In this document: positions 11,229 to 23,056 of the stretch, in pieces
Layout: every line of letters starts with the position of its first letter
Numbering within the stretch: the first letter of the stretch is position 1
Assembly (NCBI GenBank): GCA_964016885.1
Contig: OZ024743.1
Location: 164,920,001-164,984,000, forward strand
Direction of reading: 5' to 3'
Length of the DNA: 64,000 bases
Source: Eledone cirrhosa
Lineage: Eukaryota
Notes under the pieces: generated by a model
Database searches by the model: none
What the model was told of the DNA's origin: nothing
Seen by the model: the letters and a program-made list of their open reading frames with translations, nothing else
Made by a program: the position numbers and the translations under genes

Positions 11229-14200
11229 ATGGATGTGTTAAGAGTAGGATGTTTGAATGCACGTGGCCTGGGCTCAACTTGGAAGCAAGCAAAGCTTCTA
11301 AATGACCTCAGGTCATGTAGTATAAATGTAATGGTTATCTGTGAGACTCGAATCAGCGTCGTGCGGCAGCTGGCCCCCACCTTCGATGACTTTGAGGTGC
11401 ATGCATCTCTCTGTCAACCTGGAGGTGGGGGTGGGGTTGTCGTACTGCTGCAAAAACACCTGGGTCTTGCCGTACAGGTTGTGCACTCGGGCCCGGAGGG
11501 TCGTTTGTTGGTGCTAGACGTTGGCAGTAGTGAAAGTGCGGCCTTGAGACTGGTCGCCGTCTACTCCCCTTTCGGAGCTGAACGGCCCAACTTCTTCCAG
11601 CGTTTGGAGACTTTTCTGGGAACGTCGCGTTCCCTGCTTCTAGCGGGGGATTGGAATGACATCCTAGATGCACGTTGGGACTATGCAGGAGCATGTCCTA
11701 ATAGAGGGGGGTGTAACATCCTCAAGGGGTTACTCGACCGTTTTAACTTGGTCGATAGATATCGACTAGATTTTCCAACTGTGCCTACCTGGACTTGGAG
11801 AAACCACAGTGGTCAATCTAGATCGTACTTAGATAGATTCTTAGTTAGAAGTAAGGATAGGGACATATTAAGCTGTCCAGAAATGCGCACGGTTGGCGAC
11901 ACGGATCACAAATTAGTGACCTGCGTAGTCAATCTCGAGAAAACACATAAACAGGGTCCCGGTTACTGGAAACTTAATTTGTCTTTACCGGCAAAAGAGA
12001 CTTACAGAAACCGGATTAGCAGATTAGTTAAGGAGAGGTTGACGGGTGCAATCGTCAACAACCGATGGTGGGCATCTCTCAAAAGAGAGATTAGAACAGA
12101 ATCAATAAGTTATAGCAAGATGTTAGCTGCCGATAGGAATAGAAACGAGAAAGAATTAACAGGTAAATTAGAAGAGGCAATCAAGAGCGAAGATGTGGCC
12201 AGAGTGCTGGCATCGAGGATGGCCTTGAACCAGTTTTTCGATGCAAAGCACGAAGGCTGCGTCATTCGAAGTAAAATACGTGCTCTAGGTAATGAGGGGG
12301 CCAAAGCCGTTGGCTGGGCCCGCGTGACAGAAGCTAAGAGTGGAAATCGATCCACCATCCGGTCGTTGCAAGACGAAGATGGACGGGTGATCCGGAAGCC
12401 TAAGCAGATGTGCGAGGCCTTTCAAAGGCACTTTGCCCGATTGTTCGGGGGAGGCGAGGGTCCGGGCGGGGGCGTGGATTTCGGTCCATACCTCGACGGC
12501 CTGCCGCGTCTCTCGAGCGAAGAGGCAGAGTCCTGCGAGGGACCAATCTCGGCTGATGAGATCGGAGATGCGCTGAGCCAATGCAGCAGACGCAAATCTC
12601 CAGGTCTCGATGGTATACCTTACGAACTTTATTTAGCAATGCCGGTCTTCTTCCCCGAACTCCTCGAAGCGGTCTACTGCAATTGGCAGCAGAACGGGAG
12701 AATTCCTTGTTCTATAGCCAAGGGCGTAGTCACGCTGGTGAGGAAGGACGAGAACAAGGGAGATAGTATAAATAATTTTCGGCCTATAACCCTGCTAAAC
12801 ACAGAGTTAAAGATTTTGGCCAAGGTGTTAGCAAAGAGGTTGGTGCTTGTCGTGGGTGGCCTGGTGGGAGATGCGCAGACATGTGCTATCCCATCCAGGT
12901 CCATTCACGATAACCTCCACCTCATGCGATACATCATAGAGAGGGTTGGCAACAAACCCGGCTTCGGTGGGGCCCTGATCAACTTGGATCAGTCTAAGGC
13001 CTTCGATAGGGTCGACCATGGTTACCTGGATGCGGTGCTAGCGGCGGCTGGGTTCGGTCCTGTTTTCAGAGGCTGGATCACTGCCTTACATAGCAACCAC
13101 ATCTGTTCTAGGATCAAGGTGAACGGCTACCTTTCGAAGCCGTTCGAAATCACACGATCCATTCGACAGGGGTGCCCTCTCTCCTCCCTTCTGTACGTAT
13201 TGACTCTCGAGCCTTTACTGAGGAAGTTGGAGTTGTTGCAGGGTATCCCCCTGGAACCAGGATTGAGCAAAGCGGTGTCGGCCTACGCCGATGACGTAAC
13301 AGTAATGGTATCGACCGACTCGGAGATCGAGGCGATCGGTACCTTACTGGAGGATTACGAAAAGTTGTCAGGAGCGAAACTGAACCGGGAAAAATCCATC
13401 GGGCTGCAACTCGGAACGTGGAGAGGCAGACCGATGCCTCCTGACGGTGTCGTCGGACACTGGACGGAGGGCCCGGTAAAGTTGCTTGGGGTCTGGTTTG
13501 GACCGGACCTCCAGGTGGAAAAGAACTGGAACGAGGTTACGAACAAGGTGTTTGCACTAACCCAGAAATGGGCCAAGTGTAAGCTGTCCCTAAAAGGCCG
13601 GGCGGAGGTGGCGAACATTTACATAGCGTCCGTCACTTACTACCGCCTGACTGTCGTGCCTTGCCCTAAGGAAACACTCACCACCATGGAACGCATGCTC
13701 TTCCAATTTCTTTGGAAGAAGCGCCCTCCTATGATGAGAAGATCCATCTGCTGCCAACAACCTTCGAAAGGAGGGCTGGGGATGCCGTGGTTGATGATGC
13801 GTAGGCACGCATTAAGGCTACGGCACCTACAGGTATTCCTCACTGGTCAACCGGTGTGGGCTCCGTTCGTGAAACGAGCCTTTCCGAGACTCGTCTCGCT
13901 CACCGAGCTACAGTCCTGGGTCAAGCAAAGATCCGGAAAACTGGGAGACTGGCACACTGAGTGTGCTCAGGCGCTCAGGGCTCTCTGGCAAGCGGGCCAG
14001 GCCATCGGTGGAGAATCCACCTCATCATTCTATAGAGGGCTGGTGGCTAGCAGGGGCGATGACACCCTTGGAGAGTCGCTGGACATGGAAGAAGACGAAC
14101 TGGCCAGCCTGTTCGGTAGGACTTTCGGCCCAGGACCAATGGACAACTTCCAGAAGTCACTGGCCTGGCAGTGCTACCGGGGGGCTCTACCCGTTCGAGA

Positions 14201-14666
14201 GAGGCTCTACAGACACGGGCGCCTGGGCAGGGATCCCTCAAAAAAGATTTGCCCTAGATGCGTGCGTCACGAAGAAACCGTTGCGCACGCATTGGTGCAA
14301 TGTCCGGGCGTGGCTGATCTGTGGGGCTACGCCGAACGACTGCTGTCGCGGGTGGCGCCGATTAAATTGACCGCCGAGTCCGTGATGACAATCAAACCGC
14401 CTCCCCTCTTCACAAAGGAAGCAAAGGCGGTTGTTCTGTGCGTAATAGCCATGTTGAAAGAGGTTGTTTGGTGGACACGATTGAAAGATCTGAGGTCAGG
14501 CAACTTCCTCTCTGGCCATAGTCTGGTCTACTTCTTCCGATATCACTTCGGAAGAAGGATAAGAATGGAGAGAGAGGTGCTTGGCCACAGGCAGTTTTAT
14601 GAAAGGTGGGTGATAGTGGCGAGAATGGCTCGTGTAAATGGGCCTTCTCTGTATACCATCCTGTAG
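11229..14666 (+). CDS. Tx1 ORF2, 1145 aa: APE endonuclease, reverse transcriptase, C-terminal CCHC
   Basis: NARGL, CET, GDWN, YLD, TDH; LDQSKAFD, QGCPLS, YADD; GPGYWKLN (Tx1/L1-like); CPRC..ETVAHALVQC. Uninterrupted. Confidence 0.97.
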   Translation: MDVLRVGCLNARGLGSTWKQAKLLNDLRSCSINVMVICETRISVVRQLAPTFDDFEVHASLCQPGGGGGVVVLLQKHLGLAVQVVHSGPEGRLLVLDVGSSESAALRLVAVYSPFGAERPNFFQRLETFLGTSRSLLLAGDWNDILDARWDYAGACPNRGGCNILKGLLDRFNLVDRYRLDFPTVPTWTWRNHSGQSRSYLDRFLVRSKDRDILSCPEMRTVGDTDHKLVTCVVNLEKTHKQGPGYWKLNLSLPAKETYRNRISRLVKERLTGAIVNNRWWASLKREIRTESISYSKMLAADRNRNEKELTGKLEEAIKSEDVARVLASRMALNQFFDAKHEGCVIRSKIRALGNEGAKAVGWARVTEAKSGNRSTIRSLQDEDGRVIRKPKQMCEAFQRHFARLFGGGEGPGGGVDFGPYLDGLPRLSSEEAESCEGPISADEIGDALSQCSRRKSPGLDGIPYELYLAMPVFFPELLEAVYCNWQQNGRIPCSIAKGVVTLVRKDENKGDSINNFRPITLLNTELKILAKVLAKRLVLVVGGLVGDAQTCAIPSRSIHDNLHLMRYIIERVGNKPGFGGALINLDQSKAFDRVDHGYLDAVLAAAGFGPVFRGWITALHSNHICSRIKVNGYLSKPFEITRSIRQGCPLSSLLYVLTLEPLLRKLELLQGIPLEPGLSKAVSAYADDVTVMVSTDSEIEAIGTLLEDYEKLSGAKLNREKSIGLQLGTWRGRPMPPDGVVGHWTEGPVKLLGVWFGPDLQVEKNWNEVTNKVFALTQKWAKCKLSLKGRAEVANIYIASVTYYRLTVVPCPKETLTTMERMLFQFLWKKRPPMMRRSICCQQPSKGGLGMPWLMMRRHALRLRHLQVFLTGQPVWAPFVKRAFPRLVSLTELQSWVKQRSGKLGDWHTECAQALRALWQAGQAIGGESTSSFYRGLVASRGDDTLGESLDMEEDELASLFGRTFGPGPMDNFQKSLAWQCYRGALPVRERLYRHGRLGRDPSKKICPRCVRHEETVAHALVQCPGVADLWGYAERLLSRVAPIKLTAESVMTIKPPPLFTKEAKAVVLCVIAMLKEVVWWTRLKDLRSGNFLSGHSLVYFFRYHFGRRIRMEREVLGHRQFYERWVIVARMARVNGPSLYTIL

Positions 14667-14885
14667 GTAAAGAAGTAAAGGAGAGGGGAGCACCTTCTCC
14701 ATGTGCTCCCCGGGCAAAGGATTGCACACTTTTTCGGGGGGGGGGGTGCAACCCCCATCACGTCCCCTCCCTTTTGAGGTTATTTTCGATTATTTTCATG
14801 TTACACCCTTTTTACTCGATTATATGTAAACTCCCCCTTTGTATTTGTCCCTTCTTTTTATGCCTTTATGGTAAATAAAGAAATA

Positions 14886-14944
<59 letters not shown>
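14886..14944. repeat. (TATC)n microsatellite between Tx1 copies
   Basis: Directly visible. Confidence 0.95.
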
Positions 14945-15039
14945 TTACACGTTTTTATTGTATGTAAACTTCCCCCTTTGTATTTGTCCCCTTCTTTTGT
15001 GCCCCTGTGGCTAATAAAGAAATATATCTATCTATCTAT
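14945..15039 (+). repeat. 95-bp exact copy of the 3' terminus of Tx1 copy D
   Basis: Identical by eye to 20814-20908. Confidence 0.9.
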
Positions 15040-15257
15040 CAGTCGTGTGTCACTTCGCGGAGAAGTTTCCGTTAATTTATGTAAGGAAAAAACGTGAGTT
15101 TTTAGTTCAATTTTATATCATTGTGTAACTTGACCACCCGTCTGGACCTTCAAGTGGTGGGTCAACTCATTTTCGCCCCTTCAGGGGCGGAATATCCATT
15201 TAAAAAATTTTTCTCCATCGAATCTTGGAAAAAATATTGTAAAATTTTGATTACGTT

Positions 15258-17174
15258 ATGAACGCTGCGTCCAACGATAATGGTGGTAAAGAGGCGGTAA
15301 GACTACAAAGCTCGCAGTCAACATCGTCTTCTTCACTAGATACTATAGAGATGGAAAGACAAAATGAAAATAAAAAAACGAATTCACATCCAAACAACAC
15401 AAATGACACCAAACAGCTCAATGACAACAAAAATAACAGCAAAACCAATAATGATGATAAAAGCAACAATGATAACAACAACAAAGAAAAAAATAAAGAC
15501 AACGCCAATAACACCAGCATCAAAGACAACAACAACACCAAGGAAAATACGGATGATACCAACATCGGTGACAACAAGAATAACAACAAGAATAACAACA
15601 ATAATGACAACACCACCAATACGGATTCCACAAAGAAACCAAAAATCTCCTTTGCGGAGAAAGTTCAAAAGAAAGAACAATTGATATATCTCGACATAAC
15701 AAATGCTGAACACCTTTTAAAGGACGCTAAGAGATATGTCACCTTCGAAAAAAATGTTGCTTTCAGCATCAAATCTCCGGTAGAAATTCGCAAGGAAACT
15801 GCTCTCAAAACGATAGTTTTTAGGACAGTTTCCAATTCTACCCGAAAACCAGTCCAATTGTCACAGAAAGATATTGAACTGGTTTTCAAAGATTCAATGA
15901 ATGATATTGCATTCATTCAAAGAAGCAAACTTTTTGGGAGTATTTCGGTACTGATGAAGGATCAATTGACGGCCCAAAATTACTCTGTGTCGCCAATTGT
16001 ATCCAACCTGTACACCTTTTTCCCTACATACATGGGAAAAAGGACACAAAAGATCAGAATCACAAGTGTCACACCAAAGGTGAACATATGGTGGATACTG
16101 TGCGGCTTCATCAATTTTGATGAAGACAGAATACTGTCAGTAGGCAAGTCCCCCAGAGATGTATTCAATGGGACTAGCATTGAAGTTCTGGTGCAAATGA
16201 GCCCAGAGCGAATAGCTATGATCCCACAGCGTGTACTCCTGGACGGACTTACCTACATAAACCTTTCGGTTGAGGGTAGGCGGCCTTCATGTTACCATTG
16301 CTTTAGCAGGGGTCACCTGAGGGCTTCCTGTCCTAAACTAATGAACCAAAAAAAGGCTCTTCTGCCAACACCCATCAAAACAACACAACCACCAACACCA
16401 CCACTACAACAACAACACCAACACACAAAAATAACCACAACAAACACAGTCCCACCCAACCTCACTCCACCTAAAACCACTGCAAAATCACATACAGACA
16501 CAACAGCTCCCCAAGACATACCCCTCCCCAATCACACAGACGATACAACAGATGAGGCTATCTCGCCATCACCCAGTGAAGACGAGGGAGAACCCCATCG
16601 CTCGAAAAGAAAGAAAAGACATCACAAAAGCAAAAAACCAGCAAACACTACCACAAACATACAACCACCAACACAAACAACAAAAATATCACAAACAAAA
16701 CCCCCACCTCCTGAAAACAAAATACCTACAACAAAACGAAAGCACACACAAGAACTACAGACAAAAACAAACACAACACAAGAAAATTACACTTACACTT
16801 ACATAAACACTGAAAACAAAACACTAATGGAGACCATTACGAACGACCCTTCGGTTTTCACCGAAGGGAAAACTTTCGCCCACTCTATAAAAAATAGCAA
16901 AAAAATGAACCTAAAACTGATTAGGGTCCCTATACAAACTTATAGGTCCCTAAAAGAAACATTTGAGAAGGATGTGGGGAATTCCTGCGTGAAACCACTC
17001 AACCGCGTCCTTCTCAAATGCCTCCCCACACCAGACACCCCCATCCCACCAGACCCCACCCCACCAAACATCTGCGTCCCCACCCCGCCGGAAACCACCA
17101 CCCATCCAGACAACCCCTCCAACACCCCCATGGAAATCGTGCGGCCTGGTCCCCAGGAGGCGAAGGGTGAGTGA
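15258..17174 (+). CDS. Tx1 ORF1, 638 aa, CCHC zinc knuckle
   Basis: Asn-rich N-terminus, PTYMGKRTQ, VEGRRPSCYHCFSRGHLRASC, low-complexity linker, conserved C-terminal block. Confidence 0.92.
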   Translation: MNAASNDNGGKEAVRLQSSQSTSSSSLDTIEMERQNENKKTNSHPNNTNDTKQLNDNKNNSKTNNDDKSNNDNNNKEKNKDNANNTSIKDNNNTKENTDDTNIGDNKNNNKNNNNNDNTTNTDSTKKPKISFAEKVQKKEQLIYLDITNAEHLLKDAKRYVTFEKNVAFSIKSPVEIRKETALKTIVFRTVSNSTRKPVQLSQKDIELVFKDSMNDIAFIQRSKLFGSISVLMKDQLTAQNYSVSPIVSNLYTFFPTYMGKRTQKIRITSVTPKVNIWWILCGFINFDEDRILSVGKSPRDVFNGTSIEVLVQMSPERIAMIPQRVLLDGLTYINLSVEGRRPSCYHCFSRGHLRASCPKLMNQKKALLPTPIKTTQPPTPPLQQQHQHTKITTTNTVPPNLTPPKTTAKSHTDTTAPQDIPLPNHTDDTTDEAISPSPSEDEGEPHRSKRKKRHHKSKKPANTTTNIQPPTQTTKISQTKPPPPENKIPTTKRKHTQELQTKTNTTQENYTYTYINTENKTLMETITNDPSVFTEGKTFAHSIKNSKKMNLKLIRVPIQTYRSLKETFEKDVGNSCVKPLNRVLLKCLPTPDTPIPPDPTPPNICVPTPPETTTHPDNPSNTPMEIVRPGPQEAKGE

Positions 17175-17207
17175 TCTCTTTTCCTCTTTTAACTTTTCAG
17201 CATCAAC

Positions 17208-20200
17208 ATGGCCAATATAAGAGTTGGATGTGTGAACGTACGCGGCCTGGGGATGCCCTGGAAACAGGGCAAACTCTTAAACGACCTCAGGTCGCACAGT
17301 TTGGATGTGGTAGCCATTTGCGAGTCCAGGATCCACGGCGAGCGACAGCTGGCCCCCATCTTCGATGACTTTGAGATCTACGCATCTCTCTGTCAACCGG
17401 GGGTGGGGGCGGAGTTGCCGTTTTGCTGCGGAAACACCTGGGCCTCGTAACACAGACGGTACATCTGGACCCGGAGGGTCGACTGGTGGTCCTAGACGTT
17501 GACGGTAGTGAAGGTGGAGCGTTCAGGCTGGTGGCCGCATATGCCCCATCCGGGACACCGCGGCCAGACTTCTTCAAACGTCTAGAGACTTTTCTGGGAA
17601 CGTCCCGCTCCTTGCTTTTAGTGGGGGACTGGAATGGAATCCTAGATGCACGTTGGGACTATGTGGGAGCATGTCCCGATAAAGGGGGGTGTAACAGCCT
17701 CAAACAGTTAATCGACCGATTTGACCTGGCCGATAGATATCGACTAGATTTTCCGACTGCGCCACTGTGGACGTGGAGTAATCGTAGCGGAACATCTAGA
17801 TCGTACCTAGATAGGGTTCTAGTTAGAAATAAGGATAGGGACATGTTAAGCTGTCCACAAATGTTCATGGTTGCCTATTCAGATCACAAACTAGTGACCT
17901 GCATGGCCAACCTTGATAGAACCCATAGACAAGGACCCGGCTACTGGAAGCTGAACTTGTCGTTACCCACAAGCAAAGCCTACAGTAGACGGATTAGCAC
18001 TTTAGTTAAACAGCACTTGACAGGGGCAACAACAGATGGTGGTCAACAACAGATGGTGGTACTCTCTCAAGAGGGCAGTTAGATTAGACTCGATAGTTTT
18101 TAGTAAAGAATTAGCGTTAGATAGAAATAGAACCGAGAAGGAACTGGTAGATAAAGTAGAAGAGGCTATTAGAAGTGGCAACGTAGCCAGCGTGCTAGCA
18201 ACGAGAACGGCCTTGGACCAGTTCTTCGACGCAAAGCACGAGGGCTGCGTTGTCAGAAGCAAAATACGTGCTCTGGGAAACGAGGGAGCCAAAGCTGTTA
18301 GCTGGGCCCGAGTGACGGAGGCAAAAAGTGGCAACAAGTCCACGATTCGGTCTTTGAAGGACCAAAACGGACGCGTGATACGTGAGCCGAAGCAGATGTG
18401 TGCGGCTTTTCAGCGACACTTTGCTCGGCTGTTCGGGGGGAGCGGCGCGCCGGGAGAGGCTATGGATTTCGGTCCATACCTCGACGGCCTACCGCGACTC
18501 TCGGACAGCGAGGCGAAGTTCTGCGAAAAGCCGATTTCAGCCACTGAGATAGGGGACGCGCTGAGCCAATGCGGCAAACGCAAATCTCCAGGTCTCGACG
18601 GTCTACCCTACGAATTTTACGTAGCAATGCCGGACTTATTCTCCGGTCTCCTGGAAGCGGTCTACTGCAACTGGCAACAGAACGGGAGAATTCCCAGTTC
18701 TGTAACCGGGGGCGTGGTCACACTAATCAGGAAGGACGAGAATAAGGGGGATGACATAGGCAACTTCCGGCCCATAACTCTGCTAAACACAGAGTTACAG
18801 ATTTTGGCCAAGGTGTTGGCAAAGAGACTGGCGCTTGTCGTCGAGAACCTGGTGGGAGAAGCGCAGACATGCGCGATCCCGACCAGGTCCATACACGACA
18901 ACCTCCACCTCATGCGATACATCATAGAGAGGGTAGGGTGTAAACCCGGCTTCGGTGGGGCCCTGATCAACTTGGATCAGTCTAAGGCTTTCGATAGGGT
19001 TGACCATCGTTACCTGGATGCGGTGCTCGAGGCGGCAGGCTTCGGACCCGTGTTCAGGGGCTGGATTGCTGCAATGCACAGCAGCAACATCTGCTCAAGG
19101 GTCAAGGTGAACGGTTACCTCTCGGAGCCGTTCCATATTACGCGATCCATTCGACAGGGATGCCCTCTCTCCTCCCTTCTGTACGTACTGACTCTCGAGC
19201 CACTACTGCGGAAGCTGGAGCTATTGCAGGGCATCCCTCTGGAACCGGGACTGCGGAAAGCGGCGTCGGCCTACGCCGACGACGTGACAGTAATGGTGTC
19301 GAGCGCCTCGCAAATCGAGAAAGTCGGCACCTTACTAAAGGAATACGAAAGTCTCACAGGAGCGAAGCTGAACCGGGACAAGTCCATCGGTTTGCAACTC
19401 GGATCGTGGAGAGGCAGACCGATGCCTTCCGATGGCGTCGTCGGACGCTGGACGGAAGGACCGGTAAAGCTGCTCGGGGTCTGGTTTGGTCCGGACCTCC
19501 AGGTGGAGAAGAACTGGAACGAAGTGACGGCCAAGGTGTTTGCACTCACCCAGAAGTGGGCCGAGTGCAAACTATCCTTGAAAGGTCGAGCGGAGGTGGC
19601 GAACACTTTTATAGCGTCCGCCATCTACTACCGCTTGACCGTCGTGCCTTGTCCAGCCAAAACGCTCGCCAAAATGGAGCGCGCCCTCTTCCGATTCCTT
19701 TGGAAGAGGCGGGCTCCTTTGGTAAGAAGATCCATCTGCTGCCAACACCCTTCTAACGGAGGGCTGGGGATGCCGTGGTTGACGATGCGCAAACACGCGC
19801 TCAGGCTGCGGCATCTCTACGTATTCCTCACCGGACAACCGGTGTGGGCCCCGTTCGTGAGGCGAGCCTTCCCACGACTCGTCTCACTGACCGAGCTGCA
19901 GTCCTGGGTCAAGCAGAGACCGAGGAAAATGGGCGACTGGCACATCGAATGTGCTCAGGCGCTCACAGCCCTCTGGCAGGCGGACCCGGCGATCAGTGGA
20001 GACTCCACTTCGTCATTCTATAGAGGGTTGGTCCGCAGCAAGTGCGACGACGCGCTCGGTGAAACTCTAGGCGTGGAGGAAGATGAACTGGCCAGTCTGT
20101 TCGGTAGGACCTTCCGCCCGGGACCGATGGACAACTTCCAAAAGTCCCTGGCCTGGCAGTGCTACCGAGGAGCTCTACCAGTTCAAGACAAGCTCTACAG

Positions 20201-20654
20201 ACATGGGCGCCCGGGCAGGGACCCTGCAAAAAAGATCTGTCCGAGGTGCGTGCGAGACGAAGAAACCGTCGCGCACGCATTCATACACTGCCCGGGCGTC
20301 ACTGACCTGTGGGGATATGTAGAACGACTATTGTCGCGGGTGGGACCAATCCAGTTGACCACCGAGTCCATTGTCATGATCAAACCGCCACCCTCCTTCA
20401 AAAACGAAGGAGAGGCGGTTTTCCTTTGTGTGATAGCTATGGCGAAAGAGGTTGTATGGTGGACAAGGTTGAAAGGGCTGAGGTCAGACACCTTTCTCTC
20501 CGGCCAACAACTGATTCTTTTTTTCAAATACCACTTTGGAAGAAGAATCAGGATGGAGAGAGAGGTGCTGTACCCCAGCAAGTTTTATGAAAGGTGGGTG
20601 AAAGTGGCGAGAATGGCCCGACTGAATGGGCCTTCTCTCTATATCAGCCTGTAG
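17208..20654 (+). pseudogene. Tx1 ORF2 with two frameshifts
   Basis: Split into ORFs 17208, 17423 and 18036. One base missing in the G-run near 17400; CAACAACAGATGGTGGT duplicated at about 18027-18060. All catalytic motifs otherwise present. Confidence 0.92.
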
Positions 20655-21009
20655 ATTGAGGAAAAGGAGGAGGAGAGGAAAGGAGTACAAGCTCTTCGTA
20701 CTCCTGGAGATGAGGGTTGCACATTTTTTTCGGGGGTATGTGTTACCCATATAAACTGTCTCCCTCTATTGGGGAAAATCGACTAACTTTTAAATTCCAT
20801 CTGTGATAACATTTTACACGTTTTTATTGTATGTAAACTTCCCCCTTTGTATTTGTCCCCTTCTTTTGTGCCCCTGTGGCTAATAAAGAAATATATCTAT
20901 CTATCTATTTATCTCCAACAGGGGGCTCACACATGCGGCCCGCGAACTACTTATCTGTGGCCCGTGGTAGAACCAATATTTCATATCGAATTATAACTGG
21001 TGAAAATAA

Positions 21010-21220
21010 GGCGGTGAGCTGGTGGAATCGTTAGCACATCTGGCGAAATGCTTAACGGTACTTCTTCCGTTTTTACGTTCTGAGCTCAAATTCCGCCGAT
21101 CTCAACTTTGCCTTACATCCTTTTGAGGTCGATGAATTAAGTATTAGTTGTGTACTAGGATCGATGCAATCGACTGAACCCTAAATCCCAAATTTCATGC
21201 CTTGTTCCTATAGTAGAAAT
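21010..21220 (+). mobile_element. tRNA-derived SINE (diverged copy)
   Basis: Same core as 7067. 17-bp TSD ATTATAACTGGTGAAAA (20990/21222). Confidence 0.8.
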
Positions 21221-21617
21221 GATTATAACTGGTGAAAACTTTCACCCACCACCATGTTTGGTCCACTGTGCCTCTCCTCCAGGACGTAATAGCCCTTTTG
21301 TGTCCTTGAGTTTGAGACCCCTCTTCTACACACACACACATATATATTTAACTTTTTTTCTGTCTCTGGACTACGCCCATGCTGGAACATCACCTTGGTA
21401 AGTTATGGGGACGTCAACAAACCAACAAGCATTGGTGGGAGGCCAAACACAAACGCAAAGACACACACAGGCATATCTACATATACATATATACGGCGGG
21501 CTTCTTTTAGTTTCGATCTATCAAATCCACTCACAGGGCTTTGGTCGGCCTGGGCAGTTGGACTGAACCCGGAAATATGTGGTTGGAAAATAAGCTTCTT
21601 GTCACACTGCATATATT

Positions 21618-21648
<31 letters not shown>

Positions 21649-21674
21649 ATAATATATAAATATTATACACACAG

Positions 21675-22610
<936 letters not shown>

Positions 22611-22990
22611 AACATATGAATAGCTGCGATATATGCACCATATCAATCAAAAACGATATGAGAATTGAATACCATACTAAAGCGCCAGTAAGCTTGCTAA
22701 GAACCTGCAGATAGAAATGTTAATAAATACATTTGGCTTGGGTAAACTTTAAGATGTTCTTTCATTGTAGGTTTCTTTTCTCCTTCTCTCTTTCATCTCC
22801 TCTTCCTTCTTTATCTCTCCCCTCCTCGCTCTCTCTCTCTCTCTATATATATATATATGTAAAGTTATATTTAAAAATTGTTGGGTTACAACTAGTAAAT
22901 ATTTATAACTGATATAAAAGCACTCGACAAATATTTGGAGTATATTTACAATATTAAATAAATGGAAAACTATATTTATAAAACCATATT

Positions 22991-23056
22991 TATTTCATTA
23001 TATATATTTCGGGGATATCATATTAACAATATGCTATGCCTTCATCAGACAAAATA
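22991..23056 (-). ncRNA. Type I hammerhead ribozyme
   Basis: Reverse complement of the 24681 motif (one substitution in stem II). Confidence 0.75.

Larger units (their letters stand above)
9091..14885 (+). mobile_element. Tx1-clade LINE copy C, full length, ORF2 intact
   Basis: (TATC)n on both sides (9067-9090 and 14886-14944), 5' UTR, ORF1, ORF2, 3' UTR ending AATAAAGAAAT. Confidence 0.95.
15041..20908 (+). mobile_element. Tx1-clade LINE copy D, full length
   Basis: 5' end TCACTTCGCG shared with copy C, intact ORF1, ORF2 with two lesions, AATAAAGAAAT plus (TATC)n end. Confidence 0.95.

Noticed and set aside
17167-17200. 34-nt mini-intron (GTGAGT..TTTTCAG) that might fuse ORF1 to ORF2 in copy D
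   Set aside because: Splicing leaves ORF2 out of frame, and copies A and C have no AG acceptor in the spacer.
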